DNA from: Ginglymostoma cirratum
Taxonomy: Eukaryota
Direction of reading: 5' to 3'
NCBI GenBank assembly: GCA_024137785.1
Contig: JAHRHZ010000139.1
Coordinates: forward strand, 39,743,411-39,807,410
Length of the DNA stretch: 64,000 nt
The notes below the pieces were generated by a model. The model was not told where the DNA came from, searched no databases, and worked only from the letters and a program-made list of their open reading frames with translations. The stretch's first letter is position 1. Each line of letters opens with the position of its first letter. Below, piece after piece: positions 25,643 to 39,160 of the stretch. The position numbers and the translations under genes are program-made.

Positions 25643-25773
25643 TTTCTGATGAAGGGTTTAGGCCCGAAACGTCAAGTTTTTCTGCTCCTATGATGCTGCT
25701 TGACCTGCTGTGTTCATCCAGCCCCATGCTTGTTATCTCGGATTCTCCAGCATCTGCAGTACCTTTTATCTCT
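25643..25773 (+). mobile_element. PLE family A mini-element with hammerhead core (25646-25673)
   Basis: Core identical to 1354-1381, followed by the full tail ...gttatctcggattctccagcatctgcagt. Confidence 0.88.
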
Positions 25774-26317
25774 GTTTTAACTGGAGCCTGGTTAAGACAC
25801 AAATCCAGTTTCTGGTCTGGGGCACCCATTAATTTAAGAATAATTGATTGGATATTACAATGTCCTCATGCAACATAGCCAACGCAGCAAGATTCGCTGT
25901 TGTATATCTTTGATTTGAAATATGATTCCAGATTTCAAACGTCCATGTTGCCCAAAATCAAATAATCCTAAATAACATGAATTAAAAAAGATAATCTATC
26001 AACAAACATAGTGTCACAGGACATTGGTTGCAAACTATTTAACTCTTAGGTAATCAGACAGCAACACCACAAATCTTCAATGTTCCTTTAGTATTTTTGT
26101 TCTGAGTGTGCACAGTATCATGGCTTCAGATTCACTAACTGTTCTAATGAGTTTCAACTTAATTTGGTTCAATCACTACCTGAACTCTACTATGCATGGG
26201 TTCCTTCAAGCCCAAAGAGATTTTGTATGAATTAGGACCAGGGAGGTCAAACTAGAAGAGACTTTTTGTGTAAACAATGTGAAGTTTATTGTATCATTGC
26301 AATTATTTACAGATTAT

Positions 26318-26717
26318 NNNNNNNNNNNNNNNNNNNNNNNNNNNNNNNNNNNNNNNNNNNNNNNNNNNNNNNNNNNNNNNNNNNNNNNNNNNNNNNNNNN
26401 NNNNNNNNNNNNNNNNNNNNNNNNNNNNNNNNNNNNNNNNNNNNNNNNNNNNNNNNNNNNNNNNNNNNNNNNNNNNNNNNNNNNNNNNNNNNNNNNNNNN
26501 NNNNNNNNNNNNNNNNNNNNNNNNNNNNNNNNNNNNNNNNNNNNNNNNNNNNNNNNNNNNNNNNNNNNNNNNNNNNNNNNNNNNNNNNNNNNNNNNNNNN
26601 NNNNNNNNNNNNNNNNNNNNNNNNNNNNNNNNNNNNNNNNNNNNNNNNNNNNNNNNNNNNNNNNNNNNNNNNNNNNNNNNNNNNNNNNNNNNNNNNNNNN
26701 NNNNNNNNNNNNNNNNN
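26318..26717. other. Assembly gap (400 N); right flank 26718-26758 is a PLE family A tail
   Basis: Run of N followed by gttatctcagattcttcagcatcggcagttcctactatct. Confidence 0.98.
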
Positions 26718-26999
26718 GTTATCTCAGATTCTTCAGCATCGGCAGTTCCTACTATCTATGTTATAACTCTTCCCTTTTAAAAATTTCAATTGTTAAAATT
26801 CTGAAGTAGTCAGTCTGTTTTACTGGTTGCTTTTCAGTATTTCTGATCTCTTTTCTGAGGCCACTTCACATCTGTAAAATGACTATAGATAGCCAAACAT
26901 GATTTAAATCTTAACATAGGAAAGGTCTTTAGTTACATTCTTGATGAGTACTGGGGCAACTGAAGACATTACTCCTGATGATACTTGAAATGTTCATAC

Positions 27000-27326
27000 A
27001 TAGAATCCATACAGCATGGAAGCAGACTATTCAGCACATCACATTCACACTGACCTTCTGATCCCACTCAGACCCACCCCATCCTTGTATTTCCCATGGC
27101 TAATCCACCCAGCCAACATATCCCTGGAAACTACAGGACAATTTAACATGGTCTGTCCACCTAAACTGCACATCTTTGGACTGTGGGAGGAAACCAGAGC
27201 TCCCAGGGGAAACCCACACAGACATGGGGCAAATGTGAAAACTCCACACAGACAGTTGCCTGAGGCTGGAATTGAACCTGGTTCCTGGTGCTGCGAGGCA
27301 GCAGTGCTAACCACTGAGCCACCATG
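27000..27326 (-). mobile_element. HE1-like V-SINE
   Basis: Same family as 24950-25292. Confidence 0.9.
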
Positions 27327-27987
27327 CCAACATGCCAACCCTCTTAGAGATGCGGTGCCAACAGTATGGATTTCCCTACCTACCTATATTGTCTGACTTT
27401 TAGAAGAACTTTTTGGAGACAAGGGTTTGATAATGGAGAACAAATCTAATTTTCCTGCATGTCTAGCATGTTGACAAAATCTCCAGGCAATAGCAGACGT
27501 TCTTGTTCAGATCCTCTCACCGCTTCCCTTCCCACCTTTAGCACTGCAAGCAATTTGAAACCATAATAATGAGTCAAGAAACTGTGCGAAAGGATTGATT
27601 AAAAATGTATTTAGTATTTGATTTTGATCTTTTAATTTTGAAGTTGCTTCCCCATGTATCAGTGTGCCTTTTGCAATAGAGCGTTCTGCTCTTCTCCCAA
27701 CCTCCATTCTAAAGTAGCTACAATCATTTTTTCTATTGAACATTTCATTGTATTGCGCTGCTATAGAGGAGAGGGAGGACTAACAGAGAGATGACAGGCC
27801 AGCCAGTGCGGATACAGCACCCATCCCTTGGTGCCTTCATTCCAGGATACACAGGCTAAGGTAGTCACATGCAGTACTTGTAAAGGCTGCATGGTGTCCC
27901 ACCTGTGAGTAATACCACATGCTGCGACTCAATGTGCAGTCTGGTTACACCATGGATACAAACCCAACAGTAATTGTGAAGCAACAT

Positions 27988-28225
27988 AAACAAAGTTACT
28001 GGAAAAGCCCAGCAGGTCTGGCAGCATCTACGAAGGAAAAGACGGTTAACATTTCCGGTCCAGTGACACTTCCTCAGAACTGAGCAAAGTTCTGAGGAAG
28101 CATCACCGGACCTGAAACATTAACTCTGTCTTTTCCTTCACAGATGCTGCCAGACTTGCTGGGCTTTACCAGCAACTTTGTTTTTGTTCCCGATTTACAG
28201 CATCCGCAGTTCTTTTGGTTTTTGT
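27988..28225. repeat. Palindromic PLE family B derivative: ~95-bp inverted arms, 6-nt loop, one hammerhead core per strand
   Basis: 27988-28081 is the near reverse complement of 28088-28183; CTGAGGA at 28092 (+) and 28077 (-). Confidence 0.9.
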
Positions 28226-29544
28226 TTAGTGATTGTGAAGACCATAGCTAGTCTGAAAATAGATATTAATCTAACATCTGCAAGGTTAGTTAAAATGAAG
28301 TTAAATGAAATAAAGAAGAATCATATGAAGCCAGAGGATGAACTAATGATTAGAAAGGCCATTGGTTTTAAAGTGTTTTTGTATTTTGCTGAAGGAATAT
28401 GTATGCGCTAAGACTGAGTGCTGTAAGTCAGCACTAATGGACCAAACTGTCACCAAAAAGTGAAACTTCTGCGCAAACATACACAGTGAATCAGATGTGA
28501 TGATGTGGTCTATTTATCAGATGAATTTGTGACTGTCATAGAATTGTACTGTATCAATATCATACATTTCACTGGCTGACATAAAAGTGGAGAAAAGTGA
28601 TGGCAAGCAAAAATTTTATGTCAAAGTCCACTAAAAACAAGAGATAAGCATTTTTCCAAGGAGACACAAGCAAGCCCTAATGAGTTAATTGATCAAAGTG
28701 ACATGGAAAACATGACACATTTGTGATGTTTACCAATTTTCAAACTATCATTTACTGGAGACTTAAGAGTGTTAAATCACAGCCTCTTTGTATGGAAACA
28801 GTATGAATAAAGCCATACATCACAGCACAGTTAGCCGGCTAGGGGTATAGGTCATTTGATCAATAGTTAGAAGTTGGGACAGAGCAGGCTGATCACCTTC
28901 AGACAAGTCCACATAAAAGAGTTCACTTGTGATTGTAAGCACTGCATAGATAAGATTTCTAGCAGTATTTTTGTGGTGTATTTTCCTTTAATAAAGAACA
29001 TTGGGTATATTCTGTTGTTAGACCTTTCTTGGCTTAATGATATCCAGAGTAAACTCGATGTTTGAGGAAAAGTGGGAATAAAAGTTTATGGAAACTTCAT
29101 CAAAGGAGGTTGCTCCAGGATGCCACTAAGGTATGAGAAACATGAGCCGATCAGATAAACACAAAAGCATAACATCAGATCTATTGCTTTCTTCAGTGTG
29201 TTAGTTAATTCATTATCCATCTGGATAATCAGTAGTGATATTGCAGGAGACTGGTACCTCACTGAGTGACAGCAATCATAACCTGCCCCCAGGTGACAAA
29301 ATATTATTGGTGGATCTATCGCCATCATTGGGAAATTTATATACTTTAATATCCTCTTCCTCTGTGTCAGGAACACCAAACCACTTCGACAACCAAATTA
29401 AGGCAATTGTCTATGTATCCTGTTGACATAGGGAAACAAATTTCTTGAGCATCCTGAAAGATTATCACGGCTGACGGCACTTGTACCTTTTCGACGAGAA
29501 CCGGTTGATACCATGAAAGTGAGGCCTATTCTGTCACCAGGCAG

Positions 29545-29835
29545 TGGAATTTCAACTTAATTCATAAACCTGGACTTGAAAGCCAGTCTCAGTAAAAATG
29601 ATCACAAAACCATCATTGATCATTGTAAAAACTCATCGACTTCACTGATGTTCCTCAGGAACAGAAATTTGTCATGCTAAGCCAATCTGGGCTATATGTG
29701 ACTCCAGGTTCACAGCAATTGCATTGGCTCCTAACTGCCTTCTGAAATAGACTAGCAAATCATTCAAGGGCATCTCTGAATAAGCAACAAATGCCTGCCT
29801 TACCAATGACATCTACATCCCATAAAACAAATAAC
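29545..29835 (+). mobile_element. Degenerate tRNA-SINE of the 49985/57095 family
   Basis: tgtaaaaactc..ttcactgatg..atgtgactccag..cacagcaat..aactgccttctg and the shared tail. Confidence 0.7.
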
Positions 29836-30521
29836 AAATCATCATGCAGCAAACAGTTGGATCAGTTTGTGACATGGCCCAATTAGGGTCACTTGGTCGT
29901 GTGCTGCTTTCTGTATAAACTTGCCTTTTGACAAGGTCAGTTCAGAAATTCCATGAGAAAATGAAGGACCCAAGGACATGTATCAGCCAGAAGACCACAG
30001 TTTGAAGAAGATGCCAAGGACATTTCTGGTAACTGCAAGAAGACAATGCGATATCCACGACATACCTATTGCTGGAATTATCTTGCTTACATCCATCATC
30101 TCTGTTCCACCACAAAACATGCTGTCACCGCTCGACAAGTCTCTATCTGCATCTACACGTGTTCTATTTAAAGGCGCTCTTAACCTCGTCAACATGTGCA
30201 TGCAGATCTTATTGCCCAGAAGGCAACTGATAATACTTTCCATAACATTTCTCCATGGCCCAACTATATAATGTGTTGCCTATTAACCTTGATCGACTGC
30301 TTTCTCTAGAAGTCGCCCGAATGGTAAAAGATTGTGATGTGGCTGGCTGCAATGGCGCATTTGAAACCTTGTTGATTTGCAAGCATCTCAGGATGAGGAT
30401 GGAGATTGGCATGTACTGCTGCTATCCTCAGAGACTGCAACTTCGTGCAATGCATTCCTGCCGTGATGCTAGCTCAGAATAGTGATGGATTGACTGGAAA
30501 GCAGGCCTCAGCAGTTTTTAA

Positions 30522-30820
30522 AATAAATTCATTCACTCATGGCATGTGGATGTTGCTGGTTGGGCTAGCATTTACTGCTGTTCTTTGGTAGCCCTTGAGA
30601 AGGTGGTTCTGAGCTGCCTTCTTGAACCACTGTAGCCCTTTTGGTGTAGGATCTCCCCCGATGATGTTAGTTCCAGGATTTTGAGCAGCCACAGTGAAGG
30701 AACGGTGATGTATTTCCAAGTCAGGATGCTGAGTGGTTTGGGGGGGGATCTTGCAGCTCATGGTGTTTCCATGTATCCACTGCCCTTATCCTTCTAGATG
30801 CTAGTGGTATGGGTTTAGGA
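30522..30820 (-). mobile_element. LINE 3' end (CR1/L2-group) sharing its tail with the 49985/57095 SINEs
   Basis: Minus strand encodes GLQWFKKAAQNHLLKG followed by a tail like the SINE tail; a related fragment lies at ~51275-51600. Confidence 0.7.
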
Positions 30821-32041
30821 GAACTAGATATTTACTGGGAACTTGTTCAAGGGAATCAAATAAAATTTACCTGGAAATTTCCAAGGTGGTTCAGGATGGT
30901 GAGGGATAGATGGTAGGCAGCATTGGACGGACAGAAATCTCATCCTGCCACATATCAGGTAGACATTGTGCTGAGGTGGTCATTCTAGTTTGAACAAGTC
31001 TATTTCTAGATTGGACCCTGTTTTTCTCAGTCGACCAAAACATTCCTTGGGTTCATCTTTAGATGTGAATGGTTAAGTGTTAAAAAACTGGAATGGTGAA
31101 GTGTATTGGCCTCTTTTCACATTTCTGCCTTCGATTCAAACTTCGATCGTCTGGTTTCTCAGACCTGCATTTTAAAAACCAAAAATACACTATAACTTTT
31201 AAGTCTCACTAATTTCTAATGCAAAAAAGTTTATTCTCATTAAATTCCTAAGAATTGAAGCTGAAATCTGTTTTCAGTCTTCTTTGTGCTTTTAGTGGTT
31301 GATAATGCAGCAAAGATATGATATGATTTGTGTATCCCCTCTTCCCAGCACAGAACATTCACTGATATAAAACCTTGTACAAAGTTTCTTTATTAATCCA
31401 AATGCAATATGTGTGACCTCAGGAGCAGGGCATTGTACCTGTATTGCACTTAACTGATATGACCATCTATCATACCTCTACTCTGTTGTTTGTTCGAAGT
31501 TTGAATAAAAAGGGCAATAAATACTATAAGACACCAACAATGTAACATTCAGGCAAATGGAAGCATATACAAATACAATTTTAAAAAGCTCCAAAAATAT
31601 AAATAATCATGCACAAACAGAACGTAACCACCATTGGCATATATCAATGAAATGGCAGTGCCTGAAGTATCAAGATAGAGTAATGAAACTTTAAAAATGT
31701 TATTATTATAAAATTGTAAATATATACAAGCATAAATTCACATTTAAAATCTATTATCCAGGTGGGATGTAACACATTCTCAGCTTTGACACTGTTTGCT
31801 AATTGTTTAAGTTTAAGAATCACTTTAGTCTCTTTACTGATTTTATATTGTGTCTCCTTCTGTGACATGGTTTAGATGGGTACCCAAGGCAAAGACAGAG
31901 GGGAGAGCTCCAAAATGTTTGAGTTTGGGTTCATTTGGATGCTGGAATATTAAAAATCTGAATCTCAAACCAAACTGGCTCCAACTTGCCCACTCCAGTT
32001 TTTTGGGCATAGCGTCAACAATCAACCTACTGGAAAAGGAT

Positions 32042-32676
32042 AAAAACCAAAAGAACTGCGGATGCTGTAAATCAGGAACAAAAAATCAGGAACAAAAACA
32101 AAGTTGCTGGAAAAGCTCAGCAGGTCTGGCAGCATCTGTGGAGGAGAAAACAGAGTTAACGTTTCAGGTCCCGGTGACCCTTCCTCAGAACTGATGGTGG
32201 CTGGGAAAACGTCAGTTTATATGCAGAAAATAGGGAGGTGGGTGGGGCAGGGAGTAAATGATAGGATAGAGCCCAAAGAGAGAGAAAGGCAGATGGACAG
32301 ACAAAGGAGTTGCTAACGATCAGGCTGGGAAGGTGAGTAGTTGTTAATGGGGACTGTTAGTGACTAACAACAGGGGGTGTGTAATGGCAGGCTATGTGTG
32401 ACAAGGCCTGGTGTGTGGGGTGGGGGGCGGGAGGTGGGGGGGGGTTGGCTGGGACATGGGAGAGGGCTGGGACATGGGAGAGTTTAGGTCCTAAAATTAT
32501 TGAACTCAATATTGAGTCTGGAGGGCTGTAGGGTCCCCAAGCGGAAAATGAGGTGTTGTTCCTCCAGCTTGCGTTGGGCTTCACTGGAACACAGCAGCAA
32601 GCCAGAGACAGAGATGTTGGCCTGGGAGCAGGGTGGTGCATTGAAGTGGCAGGCAACAGGTAGTTCAGGGTCTTGA
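32042..32676 (-). mobile_element. PLE family B 3' fragment: GIY-YIG endonuclease C-terminus, 3' UTR and hammerhead (32158-32188)
   Basis: Minus strand PELPVACHFNAPPCS...RKLEEQHLIFRLGTLQPSRLNIEFNNF, then CTGAGGAagggtcaccgggacctGAAACGTT. Confidence 0.9.
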
Positions 32677-35391
32677 AAACCGGAAAAGAATGGCAGCTTA
32701 AATGGTTATCATGTGATTGCTTGTACTATTCAGCAATCATTTTAACTGTAACTCTAATCAGTGGTGTTTTCTCAGGTGAAAGGAACTGACAGCTCCTGGA
32801 TCCAGGAGATAAGTGTCTTTCCACTTTACCTGCTGATACATCAACTTCACCAAGGCCCTACAGCCACCTTACCAATGTGCTTCAGGCTGCTGCCGATGCT
32901 GATTCACCTTTCTTGAGCATTGTGATCTCCCACCTCAATTTTTACAAATCCCTCCATGCAGTTTCCAATCTCTCACCCTGATCCTTCCAATTTCTCCTGA
33001 CCCTAGCTTCTGATCTTCCCCTGGCTACCAGTTTGCCCAGTCCAATGCTGGTCTCCCCACTGCTGTCTAGCTGTGTACCCTGAACAATCCCAGCTCTGTG
33101 ATTTTACCCAACTCTGGATGATATTCCTTGGAACCCCAAACACCTGGCCTCACAGATCCCATCCTCCCTCATCTTCTCTCAAAAGGCTGTAACCTGGCAG
33201 CAAAAGCTGTATCCTCTTGAAACATCTCAGTCTTGCTAGCCACAACAAGGAAACCAGGGCAAAAAGTATTTTTATAATTAAGCAGAACTTTTGGGAATCT
33301 TGTCCTTCTGCAGTTTCTGACTTCAAACCAATACCATTCATCCCTCCCACCTTTGATTTAACATCCTCCCGAAAAGGAGCATTTAAAACAAGATAAGCCC
33401 TATAAGTCAGAACACAAAACTCGTGGACATTGTCTTCAACGTTTCAGCTGCATTCCTAATGCTTGCAGACTCATAATGGAGTCAGTCTTTTCACTGCAAT
33501 AGATATCACCAGACCATGTGTCATTTGGGTTCAATAAGGTAATTTGTTTTCTAATCTCTTCTAAATCTAGGATTCTAAGTATTCCGTGTACTTACAAAAA
33601 ATAAATATTACAAGATCGGCAAAACAGTGATTTTGTTATGATTCAGATCTGGATATTATGTTCAATCACCTGAACATCCCGAGGAGCAAGTGTTCTGAAG
33701 CCAAATGATTAGCTAAGCCTCAATGCAGAATGGTACGTGGATTAATCATTGGCAGTTTAATAAGAAGGACCTGTGCTTGCAATAGTTTGCTTAATGGAAT
33801 ATTCTTGGGAAAGATACTTCACATGAACTGCAATTTCAAGCAACAATTATTCCTGTGTAAATACAATAGATAGCAAATAGTCATGAACAACAGGTTTGCT
33901 GTAACAAAGCCTAATTGGATGAAACTGTCAAAAAGTATGGAAACATGTTTTTTTCAAGATCTGCTGTCGCTTGACAATGATTAATGATCGGCAATGGTCC
34001 CTCTAAATTTTCCTTGTTATGCACAGCCTGTTTATTTTAATGCATGACAACTTTGTATTTGTTGTGCAGCTGTACACACAGCACCTTAGGGGAGACAGCT
34101 TGCGAGCAGCCTGTTTCCATGTCCGTACCATACCCATGCACTTTTGAGCAGCTTGGAGGGAGTGTTGGCATGTAGTCTTTTATGTGCCTACCTATCACAT
34201 CCACAAACCATATCCAAAGTAAGGAATGTTTTTTTTTTCTTGTGTGAGCATTCAGTTCCACTCAAATACAATTTGTTCTTGATGGCTACACAATCCTGAA
34301 CCTAGAAGAATTTGTCCAACTATAAATTGCATTGCAGAACGTGATATATATTAAACATTGAACAGCGATGACAAAATCCGACATGAACATATATTCTGCG
34401 CTTCACATTTTGATTTTCACATTTCATACAACTTACATTACAAGAAGGGAGGCACAAAGCCAGATACAAAACAGCTTAACTCATGGAATAGTTAACTTGT
34501 GAAGTGTATGGAATAGTCTTCTACTTTGCTGACATCAGCTATCTTGAAGGGTTTCCATCCTTCAAATGATAAGATATCCATCTTATAATGCAGTAGCTTG
34601 CAAAACTTTGATTCTTTCTAAGGAATTCTGAGGATACTTGAGAAAACCTGTAAAATTTCTGTCACATTGCCATGGGATTGCACGATAATGGGATGTCCTT
34701 CTCCATCTCTGTGTAAAGTTCAAGCATCAGCACAAAAGCACTTGTTTGTTTTGGCACAGAATTAAAATGCACTGACAATAATAATCCTAACCAACGCGAT
34801 ACAGGAATCGGAGGTGATATGATCATAGATTTGGAAGGATGGCTGTCAGTTGTTGAATGAAAAAGACCCTAAAAAGAGCATGATCTATTTTCATTCCAGA
34901 ATCCACCACACAGCAAAGGGACCTAAACAGTGGCAGGGAACAGGGAGGCCTGAACTAGGTAAATTCAAACACTATCATGAATCCAATTTACCAAAAGCAG
35001 TGTCTGCGCATTATCCTGGCAACAGCATTGTTTGATATGTGTATGAGTAGTATTCCATGGAGCTGCTTATCAATTGAATCCTGATGAAGTAATGTCTAGG
35101 AGGAGACAGTAAGCTGGTGGAATAAATAATTTTTTATTGGACTCTGAGGTTCTTTTTCAGATAGGTGGCAGCAATGAATGAATAACATGCCATGCCAACC
35201 ACTTACTGCCCAACGATTCTATCAAATTCTTTACAGCTTGCTCATTGTAAGGGATGGTCTTTTTACATTCAATGAATGTTCAGACATTCAAGTCAAAAAG
35301 CTTTGTGAGCCTCTAGACATCAATATGTCTCTGTAATATTGATGAATCAAATGAAGAACACTTGTTAGGACTTAATTAAAATTGGAAAATT

Positions 35392-38300
35392 AGAGTCATT
35401 GTTATAGTCATACAGCACGGAAACAGACCCTTTGGTCCAACTGGTCCACAGCAAATGTTCCCAAACTAAACTGGTCCCACCTGCCTGTATTTGGCCCATA
35501 GCCCTCTGAACCATTCCTATTCATGTACTTATCCAAATGTCTTTTTCACAATGTAACTGCGCCTGCATCCACCACTTCCTCTGGCAGTTCATTCCACACA
35601 GTAAGCACTCTCTGTGTAAAAAACGGTGCCCCTCATGTCCTATTTAAACCTCTCTCCTCTCACCTTAAAGATATGCCCCTAGTTTTGTACTTCCCCACCT
35701 TAGGGAAAGGACCTTTGCTATTCACCTTATCTATGCCCCTCATGATTTTATAAACTTCTATGAGACCATCCCTTTAACCTCCTACAATCCAGTGAAAAAA
35801 GTCCCAGCCTATTTTTATAACTCAAACCCTCAATTCCCAGCAACATCCTGGTAAATCTTTTCTGAACCCTCTCCAATTTAATAATATCGTTCCTATAACA
35901 AGGGAACCAGAACTGCACATAGCACTCCAGAACAGGCCCCACCAACATCCTGTACAACCTCAACACGTCATTCCATCACCGATACTCAAAGGTCTGAGCA
36001 ATGAAGGCAAGCATGCTAAATGCCTTCTTAGCCACCTGGCCTACCTGTGATGCCAATTTCAAAGAATTATGTATCTGAACACCTAGGTCTCTCTCTCGCC
36101 TAGGGCTCTACCATTAATTGTATAAGTCCTGCCCTTGTTGTTTTACCAAAATGCAAGACCTCACATTTGTCCAATTAAATTCCATCTGCCACTCCTCAGC
36201 CCATTGACCCAATTGATCAAGATCTCTTTGTAATCTTAGATACCTTTCTTCACTGCCCACGATACCACCAATCATGGTGTCATTCACAAACTTACTAACT
36301 ATGCCTCCCTTATTCTCATCCAAATCATTGATATCAATGACAAAAAAAAATTGGACCCAGTACAGATCCCTGCGGAACATCGCTGGTCACAGGCCTCCAG
36401 ACTGAGAAACAACCATCCATCAGCACCCTCTGCCTCCCATTGTAAAGCCAATTCTGCATCCAATTAGTATGCTCACCCTGAATTCCATGTGATCTAACTT
36501 TATTAATTAGTCAGCCATGCTGAACCTTATCAGGGACTTTACTAAAGTGCATGTAAACAACATCTACAACTCAGCCCTCATCAATCTTTTTGGTTACTTC
36601 CTCAAAAAAATCAACTAAGTTTGTGAGACACAATTTCCCTCGCACAAAGCCATACTAACTATCCCTAATCATTTCTTGCCTTTCTAAATGCACGTAAATC
36701 CTATCTTTCCAAATCACCTCCAACATCTTACCCACCACCAATGTTAGACTCACAGGTCTACAGTTCCCAAGCTTCTGCTTTCATCTTCTCTTAAATAAAG
36801 ACACAACATTAGCCACCCTCCAGTCCTCCAGCACCTCATTTGTGGTTATAGGTGATACAAATATCTCTGCTTGGGGCCCTGCAATTTCCTTCCTAAATTC
36901 CTACAGTGTCCTGGGATATACTTGATCAGGTCCTGGAAATTTATCCACTTTTATGTTTTCTAGACCTCCAGCACTTTCTCTTCTGTAATGTGAACTGTTT
37001 TCAAAACATTAGTATTTATTTGCCTGAGTTCTCTAGACTCCACTTCTTTCTCCACAGTAAAAACTGACATGAAATATTCATTTACTATCTTTCCCATCTC
37101 CTGTGGTTCAACACAAAAATGACCTCTCTCATCTTTAAGGGGCCTTACTCTCTCTCCTTTTCCTGTTTTGCTCTTGATGTACTTGTAGAATCTCTTTGGA
37201 TTATCCTTAAACTTATTGGTGAAGGCTATTTCATATTCCTTCTTTGCTTTATCAATCTCCCTCTTAAGAATGCTCCTACACTCTATATTCTTTAAGAGAT
37301 TCATTTGATCCCTGTTGTCTATATCTAACACATGATTCCTGTTTATTCTTGACTAGAACCGCAATATCTTCATTCATCCATTGTTCCCTGATCTTACTAG
37401 CCTTAACTTTCACTCTAACAGGAACGTAAAGTCTCTGAACTCCTGTTGTCACACTTTTGAAAGCCTCCCACTTGTCAGTCAAAACCTTAAGCCATGAACA
37501 GTCTATTCCAGTCAACTTTTGAAAGTTCTTGTTTCATACCATTAAAATTTGCCTTACGCCAATAAAGAACTTTAACTTTTATGGAAGACTTATCCTTTTC
37601 CATAACTACTTTAGAACTAATAGAATTATGATCACTAGGTCCAAAATGTTCCCCTGCTAACACTTCAGTCACTTGCCCTGCCTTATTTCCCAAGAAAAGG
37701 TCAAGTTTTGCTCCTTCTCTAGTAGGAACATCTTTATATTGATAAAGAAAATTTTCTTGAATGCATTTAAACTCCTCACCATCCAAACATTTAACACTAT
37801 GGCAGTTCCAGTCAATGTTTGGAAAGTTAGAATCCCCTACTTTTACAACCCTATTATCTTACATACATCTCAGAGTCTATATAATTTTCGCTTGATGATC
37901 TCTCAGAAATAACCTCTCTGATTACCGTAAGTAATGGTTTTCTTAATCAAAAACGTCACTCCCCCTACTCTCTTGCCTCCCTTTCTATCCTTCCTACAGC
38001 ATCTAAAGACCAGAATATTGCGCTGCCAGTCCTGTCCCTCCCTCAGCCATGTTTCTACAATAGCTATGACATCCCAATCCCATGTTCCGATACATGCTCT
38101 GAGTTCATCAGCCTTACTTGTAAGACTCCTTGCATTGAAATAAATGCAGTTTAATTCTTCTAGTTCTTTTGTTCTCTGACTTGCTCTTGTCTGTCTTTTC
38201 TAATTAACTCGCTCTTTTCTGATTCAGGTCCATCCTCATCTGTCTTTCTGTTTTCACTGCTATTTAGGAACCCCAAACGCTTCCTCTCCAATAGTTTACA

Positions 38301-38430
38301 AGCTCCTAAAATAGAAATAACAAATCTCCCTGTGAGGATATTGATCCCTTTCCAGTTCAGGTGAAATCCACCCCTTTGAACAGGTCTTTTCTACCCGAAA
38401 AGGGATCCCAATGATCCAAGAATCTGAATG
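35392..38430 (-). mobile_element. Long decayed CR1 LINE (endonuclease + RT + 3' UTR)
   Basis: ORF pieces PTREGAKLDLFLGN..SDHN, NPKRFYKYIKSK, SKFVNDT, VGPVLECYVQFW with multiple frameshifts. Confidence 0.95.
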
Positions 38431-38628
38431 ATTTTCACCTCAGTAAACAATTGAAAAAAAACCCAATTTTCTACCCCAATGTATTTTTCACTTCTAGTTG
38501 TTAATTTGAATAGGAAGCTTGAAACTCACCTTCCAACTAAAAGCCAACTCTCCATGTCAGTGGAATAACAAAACCTATTAAACCAAGTACTATCCTTCCT
38601 AGATGAACCCAGCAGGCCAAGCAGCATC

Positions 38629-39028
38629 NNNNNNNNNNNNNNNNNNNNNNNNNNNNNNNNNNNNNNNNNNNNNNNNNNNNNNNNNNNNNNNNNNNNNNNN
38701 NNNNNNNNNNNNNNNNNNNNNNNNNNNNNNNNNNNNNNNNNNNNNNNNNNNNNNNNNNNNNNNNNNNNNNNNNNNNNNNNNNNNNNNNNNNNNNNNNNNN
38801 NNNNNNNNNNNNNNNNNNNNNNNNNNNNNNNNNNNNNNNNNNNNNNNNNNNNNNNNNNNNNNNNNNNNNNNNNNNNNNNNNNNNNNNNNNNNNNNNNNNN
38901 NNNNNNNNNNNNNNNNNNNNNNNNNNNNNNNNNNNNNNNNNNNNNNNNNNNNNNNNNNNNNNNNNNNNNNNNNNNNNNNNNNNNNNNNNNNNNNNNNNNN
39001 NNNNNNNNNNNNNNNNNNNNNNNNNNNN
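38629..39028. other. Assembly gap (400 N) flanked by inverted PLE family A termini
   Basis: Left flank 38602-38628 is the reverse complement of the PLE tail; right flank starts at a hammerhead core. Confidence 0.98.
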
Positions 39029-39160
39029 TTTCTGAAGAAGGGTCTCGACCCGAAACGTCAACTTTCCTGCTCCTCTGATGCTGCTTGGCCTGCTGTGTTC
39101 ATCCAGCTCCACAACGTTTTATCTCAGATTCTCCAGCATCGGCAGTTCCTACTATCTCTC
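39029..39160 (+). mobile_element. PLE family A variant terminus with hammerhead core (39032-39059)
   Basis: CTGAAGA-A-GGGTC tc GACCC-GAAAC-GTC with a perfect 5-bp stem II. Confidence 0.88.

Noticed and set aside
26266-26809. Long ORFs spanning N runs (also 38537-39208)
   Set aside because: Artefacts of translating gaps.
29030-30500. Further Harbinger-like or MITE-like debris (also 41865-42300, 50600-51165, 63280-64000)
   Set aside because: Resemblance only; no diagnostic motif or paired termini confirmed.
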